A DNA stretch of 64,000 bases from a virus, in the IMG/VR virus record IMGVR_UViG_3300020183_000007, positions 64,001 through 128,000 of that record, one strand, 5' to 3'. Positions 11,362 to 20,658 of the stretch are shown piece after piece. The notes under the pieces were generated by a model that saw only the letters and a list, made by a program, of their open reading frames with translations, did not search any database and was not told the DNA's origin. Position 1 is the first letter of the stretch. Every line of letters starts with the position of its first letter. The position numbers and the translations under genes are program-made.

Positions 11362-11574
11362 TTACTGGCCAGATTGCTGTGATCTAGCAAATGCGTTATT
11401 TAAAATGAGGGCTTTGACAGATTCCATCCAGAAAATAGTTTCTGCTTCATTAAAATCACTCTTATATTGTAGGTTTGCATCTGAAATCTTAATTTCAATT
11501 GTAAACTCTTTTTTCGCTTCAGTTGCTTCTGGTACCTCTGTTGCCTCTGTTATCTGTGACATTTTTATCCTCAC
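11362..11574 (-). CDS. Hypothetical protein
   Basis: 70 aa, coupled to the upstream ORF. Confidence 0.5.
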   Translation of the reverse strand: MRIKMSQITEATEVPEATEAKKEFTIEIKISDANLQYKSDFNEAETIFWMESVKALILNNAFARSQQSGQ

Positions 11575-11756
11575 TTAAACTCTTCTGGTTTATCTACTTT
11601 TGTTTGTTTTACTGGCTTTACGTTTTCAGTTAACTGCTGAATCTGTGCTGTCAACTGCTTAATTGTTGCCTCTTTAATAACTATTTCAGTCATCATTTGA
11701 GACATACGCTCATTAAATACTTGAATCAATATATTAATATCAAGATCATTATTCAT
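11571..11756 (-). CDS. Small coiled-coil protein
   Basis: 61 aa, AAGGAG RBS; typical companion of a chaperone-bearing tail fibre. Confidence 0.55.
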   Translation of the reverse strand: MNNDLDINILIQVFNERMSQMMTEIVIKEATIKQLTAQIQQLTENVKPVKQTKVDKPEEFK

Positions 11757-11785
11757 GATTACTCCTTAAATAGGAGTCTATTATA

Positions 11786-13732
11786 TCACTTATTTTCTAG
11801 AATTTCTAATCTTTCTATTATTTCCTTAACAGCTGAAGATAATAGTGTTGTTATCATACTATAGTTCAACGCTTGATGAACTGGTTGACCATCTTCTGAT
11901 ATTTTATCTTTCACACCTACCACTGCGTAGGGCATTATTTCCTGAACTTCGTGGGCTATAAAACCAATTGCTTGCTCTTCTGGTTTATGTAGATAGGTAA
12001 ACCTTAAGGGGTTCAATTTTTTCACTAAACTACATGAGTCAATAATAGATTCAAAATTTTCCTTTATTCTATAATCGGAAAACGTAATAAATGCCTTTGC
12101 ATAAACATTAACCCCCACAGCATTATTCAAACCTTCTGTAAAATATAGGGCGTCGCTGCCACCTAATCTAATTTGAGCAGAATATGTTCCATTCTGTGCT
12201 TTAAAACCTAATGAAACATTAGCATTGGATGTATTCATGATTACATTGGCACTGTTGACATCTGCTGCATTTGCAGCTGTATCTAGATGAAGGTCTGATG
12301 CAATAATTCTAACATTTGTTGTGTCGTTATAATTTCTAAAATAGAAAAAATTAGCACCGCCGCCAGAACGTATTTGACCCGTATCGTTATCAGTGGTCCC
12401 TCTAAAGGCTATTGAACAGTTTCCAGTTGTATCAGCTCTGGCTATAATATTAGCGGTTCTCCAATCTGTGGTTACATTTTTTCTTACATCTATGGTTCCA
12501 TCTAAGACTTGTAAATATGCTCCAGCTTCTAATCTTACTCCAGTTGTTCCAATATCTCCAGGATAGTAACCAATACTCATTGTTGAACCTTGAGCGCTCA
12601 CTTTGATAGCACCAGTACTAGTTATTAATCCATAATCTGTTGAGCTGGCTGGATTAAAAGTAATAGTTGATGTATCACCGGAACCAGAAGAATATAAGTT
12701 GAATGAAGTCTCACTGAGAACAATTCTTTTGCCACTAGATGCAGTTTGAACTGTTCCGCCTGTTACTGTTGCACCAGATATTGTACCACCAGATATTGTG
12801 CCACTTGCTGTAATTGTTCCGGTAAATGTTCCTGAGCTAGCATTAATTTCACCACTGACAGTAACTCCAGTAGCAGTTAGCGCACCTGAGCTAGAAACTT
12901 TAAAAGGTGCGGAAGCGTAGCTTGCATTACCTAGCCACATGTTACCATTTGCATCTACATGAAAGGATGTTGAATCTGATCCACCTATATCAATAGTTGC
13001 ACCGACAACCGCTCCCCTGACTGTAACATTATTAAATTCAGCTAAACCATCACCTCTAATTAACCAACCAGTTGAACCAGACTGATAATTAGATGTTCTT
13101 AATACAGCCATATTTGCTGGTGGAGTATAAGAGTATGTAGTTCCTGGCTGAGTTAGAATGATTTCATGTGCACCGATTGTTCCTGCAGTTATTTTTGCTG
13201 CGGTGAGTGAGCCAATGAATTCCTCATCAATAAGAGGAGTATCACCAGAAGCTACAATAGAAGTCCAATCACTAATATTTCCTGCGCTATCTATTGCGCG
13301 AACCCTTCCGTAGTATTTAACTGGATTGGTTACAGAAGAAGTGCTGGTAGTTGCGCTGTTATCATCGACTGATACTAGAAAAACATTTGTTTGCACAAAG
13401 CCAGTTCTATGGGGAGTTAGCGGAGTTGCAGCAGAAATAACTTGATACCCGCCTCCAACACTTTCTATTTGCTCCTGCTTATAAAGTTCGTATTCGTATT
13501 TAGCTGTATCTTCGTCAACACTATCAGTATATTTAAATAAAACATTTAAGAATGACGCCGCTAAAACTAGGTTGGTTGGAGCATTTGGAATAGTAGAATC
13601 TGTTGGTGTAGAAAATCTTACAGAATCAGTATATGCCGAAACAACATTGACATCATTGTTCTTGCTTCTAACTGTAACAATATATTCTTTATTTGGTTTT
13701 AGATTTTCTATATTTACAGGTATAATAGCCAT
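11786..13732 (-). CDS. Tail fibre/spike with FN3-like N-terminus and C-terminal intramolecular chaperone (peptidase S74-like)
   Basis: SDYRIKEN...LNP...GFIAHEVQE...AV...LNYS...AVKEIIERLE chaperone signature. Confidence 0.85.
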   Translation of the reverse strand: MAIIPVNIENLKPNKEYIVTVRSKNNDVNVVSAYTDSVRFSTPTDSTIPNAPTNLVLAASFLNVLFKYTDSVDEDTAKYEYELYKQEQIESVGGGYQVISAATPLTPHRTGFVQTNVFLVSVDDNSATTSTSSVTNPVKYYGRVRAIDSAGNISDWTSIVASGDTPLIDEEFIGSLTAAKITAGTIGAHEIILTQPGTTYSYTPPANMAVLRTSNYQSGSTGWLIRGDGLAEFNNVTVRGAVVGATIDIGGSDSTSFHVDANGNMWLGNASYASAPFKVSSSGALTATGVTVSGEINASSGTFTGTITASGTISGGTISGATVTGGTVQTASSGKRIVLSETSFNLYSSGSGDTSTITFNPASSTDYGLITSTGAIKVSAQGSTMSIGYYPGDIGTTGVRLEAGAYLQVLDGTIDVRKNVTTDWRTANIIARADTTGNCSIAFRGTTDNDTGQIRSGGGANFFYFRNYNDTTNVRIIASDLHLDTAANAADVNSANVIMNTSNANVSLGFKAQNGTYSAQIRLGGSDALYFTEGLNNAVGVNVYAKAFITFSDYRIKENFESIIDSCSLVKKLNPLRFTYLHKPEEQAIGFIAHEVQEIMPYAVVGVKDKISEDGQPVHQALNYSMITTLLSSAVKEIIERLEILENK

Positions 13733-14670
13733 TATCTAAGCCCACCTATCTTTGTAAAACTATTATCTATTTGATTTATTAATTCGGTTCCGACTTTAAG
13801 ATAAAGATTATAGCTAAAAGAATATTTAGATATTTTAATATTATTTCCTCTAGAACCAATATTTTTTTCATATAATACTTCTAGTTCAGCTACGTGATCT
13901 TTTTCTTCAAAATCTAATTTTGAAAATAATTCTATATTATCTGAAAAACTTGAAGAAAAACAATCTATTGTTTGCCAATCTAATGCAAGCACTGCTGGTG
14001 TTTCGGCATTTTGTAATGCTGTAAATTTAATTCTAAATTTTCCATAGTTAATTCCCTTTGAACCATACAACGTAAACTTTGGCCCAGAAAAATTAATATA
14101 TAATTTAGATCCGGGTTTATTTGACAAGCCATTGTCCCAATCTGTCATTGAATTAATGAAAGAAAAATTATAACTTGAATCTGAATTTAAATTAACTTCA
14201 TATTGATCTGTTGAAACTTCAGAGTAAAGTCCGCAATATGGATTAGGAGGTGATAAATTAACTTGATAATCATTAGTTCCAGCATTATCAACTTCATTAA
14301 GCTTTCTAAGATTTGGCGTTGCATAATAAACAAAGTAGCTACCTTGAATTTCATTTACGGCTGTATGTTCTTCTGCTGTTTCGAAATATATATAGTCTCC
14401 ATTAATAACTGTTTTAACAGGATTAAAAGTTATACCTTTTTCATACACAACAACATAAGAATTGGCGTCTTCCAAAGTTTCCAGCGTTGAACTTTTGTAT
14501 GTATTTATATTTAAATCTTTTATATTTGCAAAAAGCCAAAAATCAGCAGACAACGTATCCCTGGGTGTAAATTTAGAAATAGCCCTTTTACAGTAGGGAT
14601 ATGAATAGCTATAATTAGGAGTTGCAGAACTAATGCTTTGATCTAACTTAAAATATTTAAACCACGCCAT
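13732..14670 (-). CDS. Hypothetical virion protein
   Basis: 312 aa, translationally coupled within the structural operon. Confidence 0.55.
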   Translation of the reverse strand: MAWFKYFKLDQSISSATPNYSYSYPYCKRAISKFTPRDTLSADFWLFANIKDLNINTYKSSTLETLEDANSYVVVYEKGITFNPVKTVINGDYIYFETAEEHTAVNEIQGSYFVYYATPNLRKLNEVDNAGTNDYQVNLSPPNPYCGLYSEVSTDQYEVNLNSDSSYNFSFINSMTDWDNGLSNKPGSKLYINFSGPKFTLYGSKGINYGKFRIKFTALQNAETPAVLALDWQTIDCFSSSFSDNIELFSKLDFEEKDHVAELEVLYEKNIGSRGNNIKISKYSFSYNLYLKVGTELINQIDNSFTKIGGLR

Positions 14671-14671
14671 A

Positions 14672-16453
14672 TTAAGTTACTTCCGTATAAATAATTTCAT
14701 ATTCATAATTATCTATTATATCATCAACTACTTCTATATTCAGAACTGCATCACACCTAGGTAAACCATTAACAATATCTACAATAAATTGGCTGACACT
14801 TATTGATACTGGCTTCTTCGCAGCATCTAGGCTATAATCTACACTTCTAGCCAAACTATAATCAATATCCAAAGAAGATATCTTCTTAGAGCCATCTGCG
14901 CCAGTATGCGCATGATCACTTAGGTCTACTCCATCTATAGTAATACCTTCTGCAACTTCTATATCACCAATAATTTTCCCACCATCTTTTAATAAATATT
15001 GAGGATGATCATTTTGATCTAATCCAGATAAAAGTTGGTGATCTGATTGAACTACATCTTTTCTTGTTAAGGAAATAATTGCTCCATCAAATATTTGAGC
15101 ATATACGTCATTATCTACATTCAGCAGAACATTTGGCTTTGGCAACCCCTTAACGGAAAGCTGAGATATATAGTTGGCATATTTTCTTTTTTCATGAATT
15201 AACTGCATAAGGGAATCTGTTTTTCCCATAACTATATGATGTCTATCTACAACATCAGCCATGATTGAAGTAAAATTACCCTTTAAAAGAATTGAAGCCA
15301 GTAACATTTCTTCAGTTAAAAATGGAAATCTTTTCTTAAAAGAAGTTGTTTCATAATCCAAATCAAAGGGACTTCCTATTTCAGAAGAAAATTTTAATCC
15401 AGGAGCTAAATATCTTGTATAAAAAATTACAGAGTTCTCTTCTAAATCTCTCTTTAATGATTGTAATATGTCTTCTATTTCTGAATCTACAGCGTTTAAT
15501 TTAATCGCAAAAAAAGCTTGAAATTTTGCGGCATGTTCTTTTGAGATTTTATCCAATTCGGTTGAGGGAATCGCTCCTGGTTTGGATACGATTGTTTTTG
15601 CAATCCTGCTCGAATAATGTTTGGCCGTTTTACACCATGAGTCGTAGTGCGATGCGACTTTTTGCTGCAGTTCGTTTTCATAAACCTCCCTAAAATCTTG
15701 GTTTAAAGATAATTGTATTGCATATACTTCTCTCTGAAGAGACTTTAATAATTTTCTGAATTGTAGAAAATATGAAAAGGTAGAGTGAGCTATAGAATAA
15801 TAAAACTCTTCTAAAAATTTTCTTGAAGAGGTAGAGTTTAACTTTTCCGCAAACATTATTTGTTGAAAATTGATATGACCAGGAATTGGTATTCTCAACT
15901 TTACCATTTCGTCTTTACGATCTTTGTACACATCGCTGTTTGGAGGTGGATAAGGAAGTATTGTAGCAATGTCATCAGATTCTTCTAGATCTTTTTCTGA
16001 CACATCTATTTCATTTGATTGTGGTAAATTTTGCGATGAATTTATCTTTAAAGAATCTGCTACACGCTGATTATAAACTGCTACAGCTTGAGGCTGTGTT
16101 GTATAAAGGTTTCTATGCAGTTCGTTCCAAAGATTTTGATGTGCCACCAAAAGATCATTATTGATATTAGGATTAATATAAACTTTTTTCATCAAGTTTT
16201 CAATATCATTAATCGTGTCAGTTATGAGCATCTGAGCTGATTCTGATTCTTTTCTAACAAAATCTATAGGTATAGAATATGCCTGTTTAATTCCAGATTC
16301 TGCTGTTCTATTATAGGCTTTTTCTCCTACAGCTTTATAGGCTTCTGCTCCTGTGGGATTTGTAAATGGAGCATCTTGGAATTTATAATCCCCATAAATA
16401 TTATTTGGAACTTGTGAATAAGATTCCTGATAATTTACACCAATATCACTCAT
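14672..16453 (-). CDS. Hypothetical virion protein
   Basis: 593 aa; C-terminal HPQYL...GGKIIGDI...IDGVDLSDHAHTG fibre-type motif. Confidence 0.6.
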   Translation of the reverse strand: MSDIGVNYQESYSQVPNNIYGDYKFQDAPFTNPTGAEAYKAVGEKAYNRTAESGIKQAYSIPIDFVRKESESAQMLITDTINDIENLMKKVYINPNINNDLLVAHQNLWNELHRNLYTTQPQAVAVYNQRVADSLKINSSQNLPQSNEIDVSEKDLEESDDIATILPYPPPNSDVYKDRKDEMVKLRIPIPGHINFQQIMFAEKLNSTSSRKFLEEFYYSIAHSTFSYFLQFRKLLKSLQREVYAIQLSLNQDFREVYENELQQKVASHYDSWCKTAKHYSSRIAKTIVSKPGAIPSTELDKISKEHAAKFQAFFAIKLNAVDSEIEDILQSLKRDLEENSVIFYTRYLAPGLKFSSEIGSPFDLDYETTSFKKRFPFLTEEMLLASILLKGNFTSIMADVVDRHHIVMGKTDSLMQLIHEKRKYANYISQLSVKGLPKPNVLLNVDNDVYAQIFDGAIISLTRKDVVQSDHQLLSGLDQNDHPQYLLKDGGKIIGDIEVAEGITIDGVDLSDHAHTGADGSKKISSLDIDYSLARSVDYSLDAAKKPVSISVSQFIVDIVNGLPRCDAVLNIEVVDDIIDNYEYEIIYTEVT

Positions 16454-18309
16454 TAAAACATCCTTCTTACTCTTTTAGAAGAAGTAGATCTACGAAAACC
16501 TGTTGAAGGATTCAGTGCATCAACTCGACCACTAATTATAACTTTATTTTTTTCATCATCTTCTTTATCTACTTTTTTATTGTCTGGAACAAAAAAATGA
16601 TTAGAGAAAGTTTCAGTATTTGTTGCATACTGCCCCTGAGAAAACTCTCCATAATTTTGCGTAATAGCCAACAAGGCTAGCATTAAAGCATCGTGTGCGT
16701 GATCCATCGCAGATCCTGCAGCCTCAAAAACTGGTCGACCAGTTTGAGTTGTGCGAACAACAACATAAGATATTAGCTGCATATATAGCTCTTCGTCAGA
16801 GTCTGGAATCATTAATTTTTCTTTTTCCAAAAACTGTCTAAGGTTATCGACCATAAATGGTTTCATTTCCTTTTTAACCATTAACTTAGTATATGGATCT
16901 CTTACGTCAATACTTTCACCAAATGCAACACCTTTTATTTTTTCTTTCAATCCGGATCTAGGGTTCTCAACACCATGTTTCTTCAAAAGCTCTACTTGTA
17001 CCTCTCCATATCCACGGTCTACATAAATGTGTTTTGGATTAAATATTTGATTAAGTTCAATAATTCTATCTACCGCTTTAGTCAAAGTATATTCTGATCT
17101 AGCAATTTCTTCTCGATAACAAATTTTTGTTTTGCCTCTAAATGTAGAATTTTCATAATTCTCAGAACATACCTCTACAACAACAATATTTGTTCCGGCA
17201 CCGTATTTATCCCAGTCAACGCCAATTGTATGAAATGATCTAGCAGATGTTATTTCTGGAGTATAATTCCAGGAAGGAGAAATAAAAGCCCTATCAACAA
17301 ACTTTCTAGGATAAACACCTTCGGAATCTTCGCCCCAATCAGCCTCAATTTCATGCCTATATCCATTGGGCGAATATTGCTCCCTAAATTCTTCTTCTTG
17401 CTCTTTAGAAAAATATGGATTGCAATAACTCGGAAACCAAAATTCGGTAAACCTAGGTGATCTACACCATTCCCAAAATCTTTCCCGCCTTCCAGTTGGA
17501 GTAGATGCTCCAATCATCACTTTATCAGGTTGATCTTCTGCTGTTTTTTGAAGCATGGCGTATAGGGCATCGAGATCATCTGCATGCATATAGTCCATTT
17601 CATCAAGAATAATTAAATGCGCTTCTTGACCACGAGCAACATCTGACTTGCCTCCTGATTTCATTCCTGAAGTGAAAAATCTAATTGTAGAACCATTTGA
17701 GAATTGAATCATAAATTGAGGACTAGTTACTTTTCTTGTTATAGAATCTATAACAACTTCATTCTTAGAGGCAATTCTAAGAATCTCCTGATAGATAAGT
17801 TCTACTTGCGTTTTCATTGGTGCAATAACTAAAGATCTACCATCTTTATGAGTATAACTGTAATGCAATAGCTGCACTGCTAGGCTAAATGTTTTACCTA
17901 AACGACGACCAGCTCTTAAAACTTTTCTTAAAGAAGGGTCTCTTAATATTAATATTTGATACACACGAAGGTTGGCTTCCAAAAATTGTTTTGCCCAAAC
18001 TACAGGGTCTTTAGAAACATGTAACTGTCGTTGATGATCTGCGCTAATTCCATCTGCCAATAAATCTAAATCAATTTCAAATGGTTCATCAATTAAAAGA
18101 GCTAATTCTCTGTTGGTTATTTCTCTTTCTATAACAGGCATTCCGTTGTTCCACGATAGGTGAGATAATTTATTTTTAAATACCCATTCAATTCTGTTGA
18201 CTTGCTTAATAAGTTCAGGATCTTGGATGCGAATTATTTCAAGTAAATCTTCTCTAGACAATTTTTGTAAGGCACTTCTAAATTCTTGTGTTTTTGTAAA
18301 TATACTCAT
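16453..18309 (-). CDS. terL: Terminase large subunit
   Basis: Walker A AGRRLGKT, Walker B IILDEMD, nuclease motifs IGVDWD and DHAHDALMLA. Confidence 0.93.
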   Translation of the reverse strand: MSIFTKTQEFRSALQKLSREDLLEIIRIQDPELIKQVNRIEWVFKNKLSHLSWNNGMPVIEREITNRELALLIDEPFEIDLDLLADGISADHQRQLHVSKDPVVWAKQFLEANLRVYQILILRDPSLRKVLRAGRRLGKTFSLAVQLLHYSYTHKDGRSLVIAPMKTQVELIYQEILRIASKNEVVIDSITRKVTSPQFMIQFSNGSTIRFFTSGMKSGGKSDVARGQEAHLIILDEMDYMHADDLDALYAMLQKTAEDQPDKVMIGASTPTGRRERFWEWCRSPRFTEFWFPSYCNPYFSKEQEEEFREQYSPNGYRHEIEADWGEDSEGVYPRKFVDRAFISPSWNYTPEITSARSFHTIGVDWDKYGAGTNIVVVEVCSENYENSTFRGKTKICYREEIARSEYTLTKAVDRIIELNQIFNPKHIYVDRGYGEVQVELLKKHGVENPRSGLKEKIKGVAFGESIDVRDPYTKLMVKKEMKPFMVDNLRQFLEKEKLMIPDSDEELYMQLISYVVVRTTQTGRPVFEAAGSAMDHAHDALMLALLAITQNYGEFSQGQYATNTETFSNHFFVPDNKKVDKEDDEKNKVIISGRVDALNPSTGFRRSTSSKRVRRMF

Positions 18310-18311
18310 AA

Positions 18312-19790
18312 TTATCCATAATGCGCAGCCATCATTGCGCCCTCTGTACCTAGCATGCTTCTTGCGTTTAGTCTAGAATTTTGTATTGCCTGAACACCTC
18401 TAGCTCTAGAAGTTGCTGCAGCTTCGGTATCCCTAAAGCCCATTCCAAATGTTGGTTTGGCTATAGAACCTTGTAAAGATTTATTTGCATCTCTTGTAAA
18501 ATTGATTCCACTCTTAACTAATTCTCCGCCGAGCCGAGCAAGGTCGTATGCCAATGATGCTGCAGCGACGACCTGAAGACCGGGCATTGCTAGTGCAGCC
18601 CCTCTCATTGCCATCATTCCAGCTGCGCCCTTACCACCAAGCTTTAATGCTGTCCTTGCTCCAACTTGAGAGAAAAACTTTTCTCCTCCAGTTGATCTAA
18701 GAAATGATACCGCTTCGTCTGCTCCTTTTAAAACCTGACCACTTGCTAACTTTATTCCATCGTCACCAAAAGATTGAACAGCTTTAGCAAATGCATCTTC
18801 TGCTGCCTTTGCACCTTGTGCTGCTCTGCCAACTAATCCAGGTTGACCACCAAAACCTAGTGCACCACGAGAATATCCGGCTAAATATCCCGTTGCTGCA
18901 CCCGCTAGAGCAGAAGCTTGAAGATTACCACGAACACCAAGAGCGCCGGCTCCTGTAGCTGCGTTATATCCCCCTAAGCCAACTGCTGTTTGAGCTGCTG
19001 TTTGTCCAGCCGGAGCGACAATTCCCATACCCATACTTTTAGGTATAATCCGCCCAAACTGTCCACCAGAAACAGTTAAGCCTGCTGGTGAATTTATTCT
19101 TAAAAGCGAGGAAGTGGCAGTATCTATTTTTCCAAGTTTTGCTGCGGCCCGAGAAGATCCTTTAAGTGCTCTTCTTTCTAAAGCGTCTGTTTTAACTCCT
19201 GCGGATATGCCGGAAAGCAGTCCTGGACCAAAAGCCTTTTCTCCTTCAACTAGAGGATTGTTACCTAAAATTTTGCCAGCTAGCCTTTGTCCATGCTTAC
19301 TGTTCAAGAGCTTATATCCACCAAACATTGAATATGCTCCAGCTTTTTCTCCAGCAAAAATAGTTTGAGAATGACCTCTAAAGAAAGCTCTAGGATTTGC
19401 TGTTATATTATTAACTCTTGAAGATCTTAAAAATGGAGTTTTTCCTGCAGCTCTAGCGCTAGTTTGTCTTGATGAAGAGCCCATAAAATGAGAATCCATG
19501 GCGTCAGACATGTGTCCGCCAACCATAATCCTGTGCTTAGAAGCTCTTTTGGCTAATCTTTTTTGACGTCTTGCACTTAAAACTTTTTGAGGATCACCAA
19601 GATCATCCATGAATCCGCCATACATCATTGTATTTGAGCCTCTCATGGAACCAAATGCAATAGTTGTACTCAAACCAGGTAGATGTTCCATCATCCTAAA
19701 GCCCAAAGGAACATCAGGGGTATCAACAAAAGTTGACTCGTTTAATGGGCCTATTGACTGACTATATCCAGTTGGATCACCTAAGGGCAT
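18312..19790 (-). CDS. Gly/Ala-rich putative internal virion (ejection) protein
   Basis: 492 aa, basic and Gly/Ala-rich, hydrophobic segment near the C-terminus. Confidence 0.5.
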   Translation of the reverse strand: MPLGDPTGYSQSIGPLNESTFVDTPDVPLGFRMMEHLPGLSTTIAFGSMRGSNTMMYGGFMDDLGDPQKVLSARRQKRLAKRASKHRIMVGGHMSDAMDSHFMGSSSRQTSARAAGKTPFLRSSRVNNITANPRAFFRGHSQTIFAGEKAGAYSMFGGYKLLNSKHGQRLAGKILGNNPLVEGEKAFGPGLLSGISAGVKTDALERRALKGSSRAAAKLGKIDTATSSLLRINSPAGLTVSGGQFGRIIPKSMGMGIVAPAGQTAAQTAVGLGGYNAATGAGALGVRGNLQASALAGAATGYLAGYSRGALGFGGQPGLVGRAAQGAKAAEDAFAKAVQSFGDDGIKLASGQVLKGADEAVSFLRSTGGEKFFSQVGARTALKLGGKGAAGMMAMRGAALAMPGLQVVAAASLAYDLARLGGELVKSGINFTRDANKSLQGSIAKPTFGMGFRDTEAAATSRARGVQAIQNSRLNARSMLGTEGAMMAAHYG

Positions 19791-20656
19791 CAGTATCCCC
19801 TTCTAGAGTTATGCATTCCGAGAACAATATCTCCACTAGCGTTCAATGTGCTCTGAGTATTTCTTGTTGTGGAGTATGGCGAATTTTGAAAAAACTCTCT
19901 GTTATTATTCATATAAGCTCCGACGCCAAGTGCTGGCAAAACTACTCCCACGTTTGCCCCAACAAAACCACCAACTAATCCGCCACTAATTTTTCCTATT
20001 TTAGATCCAGTTTTACCAAATGCAGAACCTAAAAATGCTCCAGCTGCTACTCCCATCGTTCCAGTAACTGGACCGGTTGCAGTTCTTGCTGCAACCATAG
20101 CGGCACTAAACGTATCTGAATTTATTGGTGGATTCGCAGCAAAATAATCCCCTGGGGCAGTCGCCTGTAACATGCGTCCACCAACTCCACCCATTAGTGT
20201 TCCAGCTAAAAATCTAGCATCTAGGTCTCTTCCAGTAAAATATCTATCTGCTTCAGTATCATTAAAAGCTGCTTCAAACGCAGCATCTTTTACAGCTGGA
20301 CCGACAGAAGAACCAAAGCCGATTGCGCCAGCGCCAATTGTCACACCAGCTATCCCGGCCCTACTTGAAGCAACTTCGCCTAGGGCTCCCCCTAAACCAG
20401 CTGCTGCTCCACGAGCAGCCCTTCCGGTACGGCCTTGAGCAAAACCTTGAGCTGTTCCTTGTAATTTTGGAATAAGCTCTTCATCTATTCTTTTGCCAAC
20501 TGATTCAGAAACGTCATCAAACGTTTGCCTTGCTCTGCCGCGTAAACCAGCTGTTCTTGCAGAAGCTGATGCCCTTTGACTTTCAGCCATTGGCTTTATG
20601 GTATCATTAAATAAAGATGTAACTCTTTTACCTAAAGAACCCAAATTAACTGGCAT
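19790..20656 (-). CDS. Gly/Ala-rich putative internal virion protein
   Basis: 288 aa with glycine-zipper-like hydrophobic segments. Confidence 0.5.
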   Translation of the reverse strand: MPVNLGSLGKRVTSLFNDTIKPMAESQRASASARTAGLRGRARQTFDDVSESVGKRIDEELIPKLQGTAQGFAQGRTGRAARGAAAGLGGALGEVASSRAGIAGVTIGAGAIGFGSSVGPAVKDAAFEAAFNDTEADRYFTGRDLDARFLAGTLMGGVGGRMLQATAPGDYFAANPPINSDTFSAAMVAARTATGPVTGTMGVAAGAFLGSAFGKTGSKIGKISGGLVGGFVGANVGVVLPALGVGAYMNNNREFFQNSPYSTTRNTQSTLNASGDIVLGMHNSRRGY

Positions 20657-20658
20657 TA

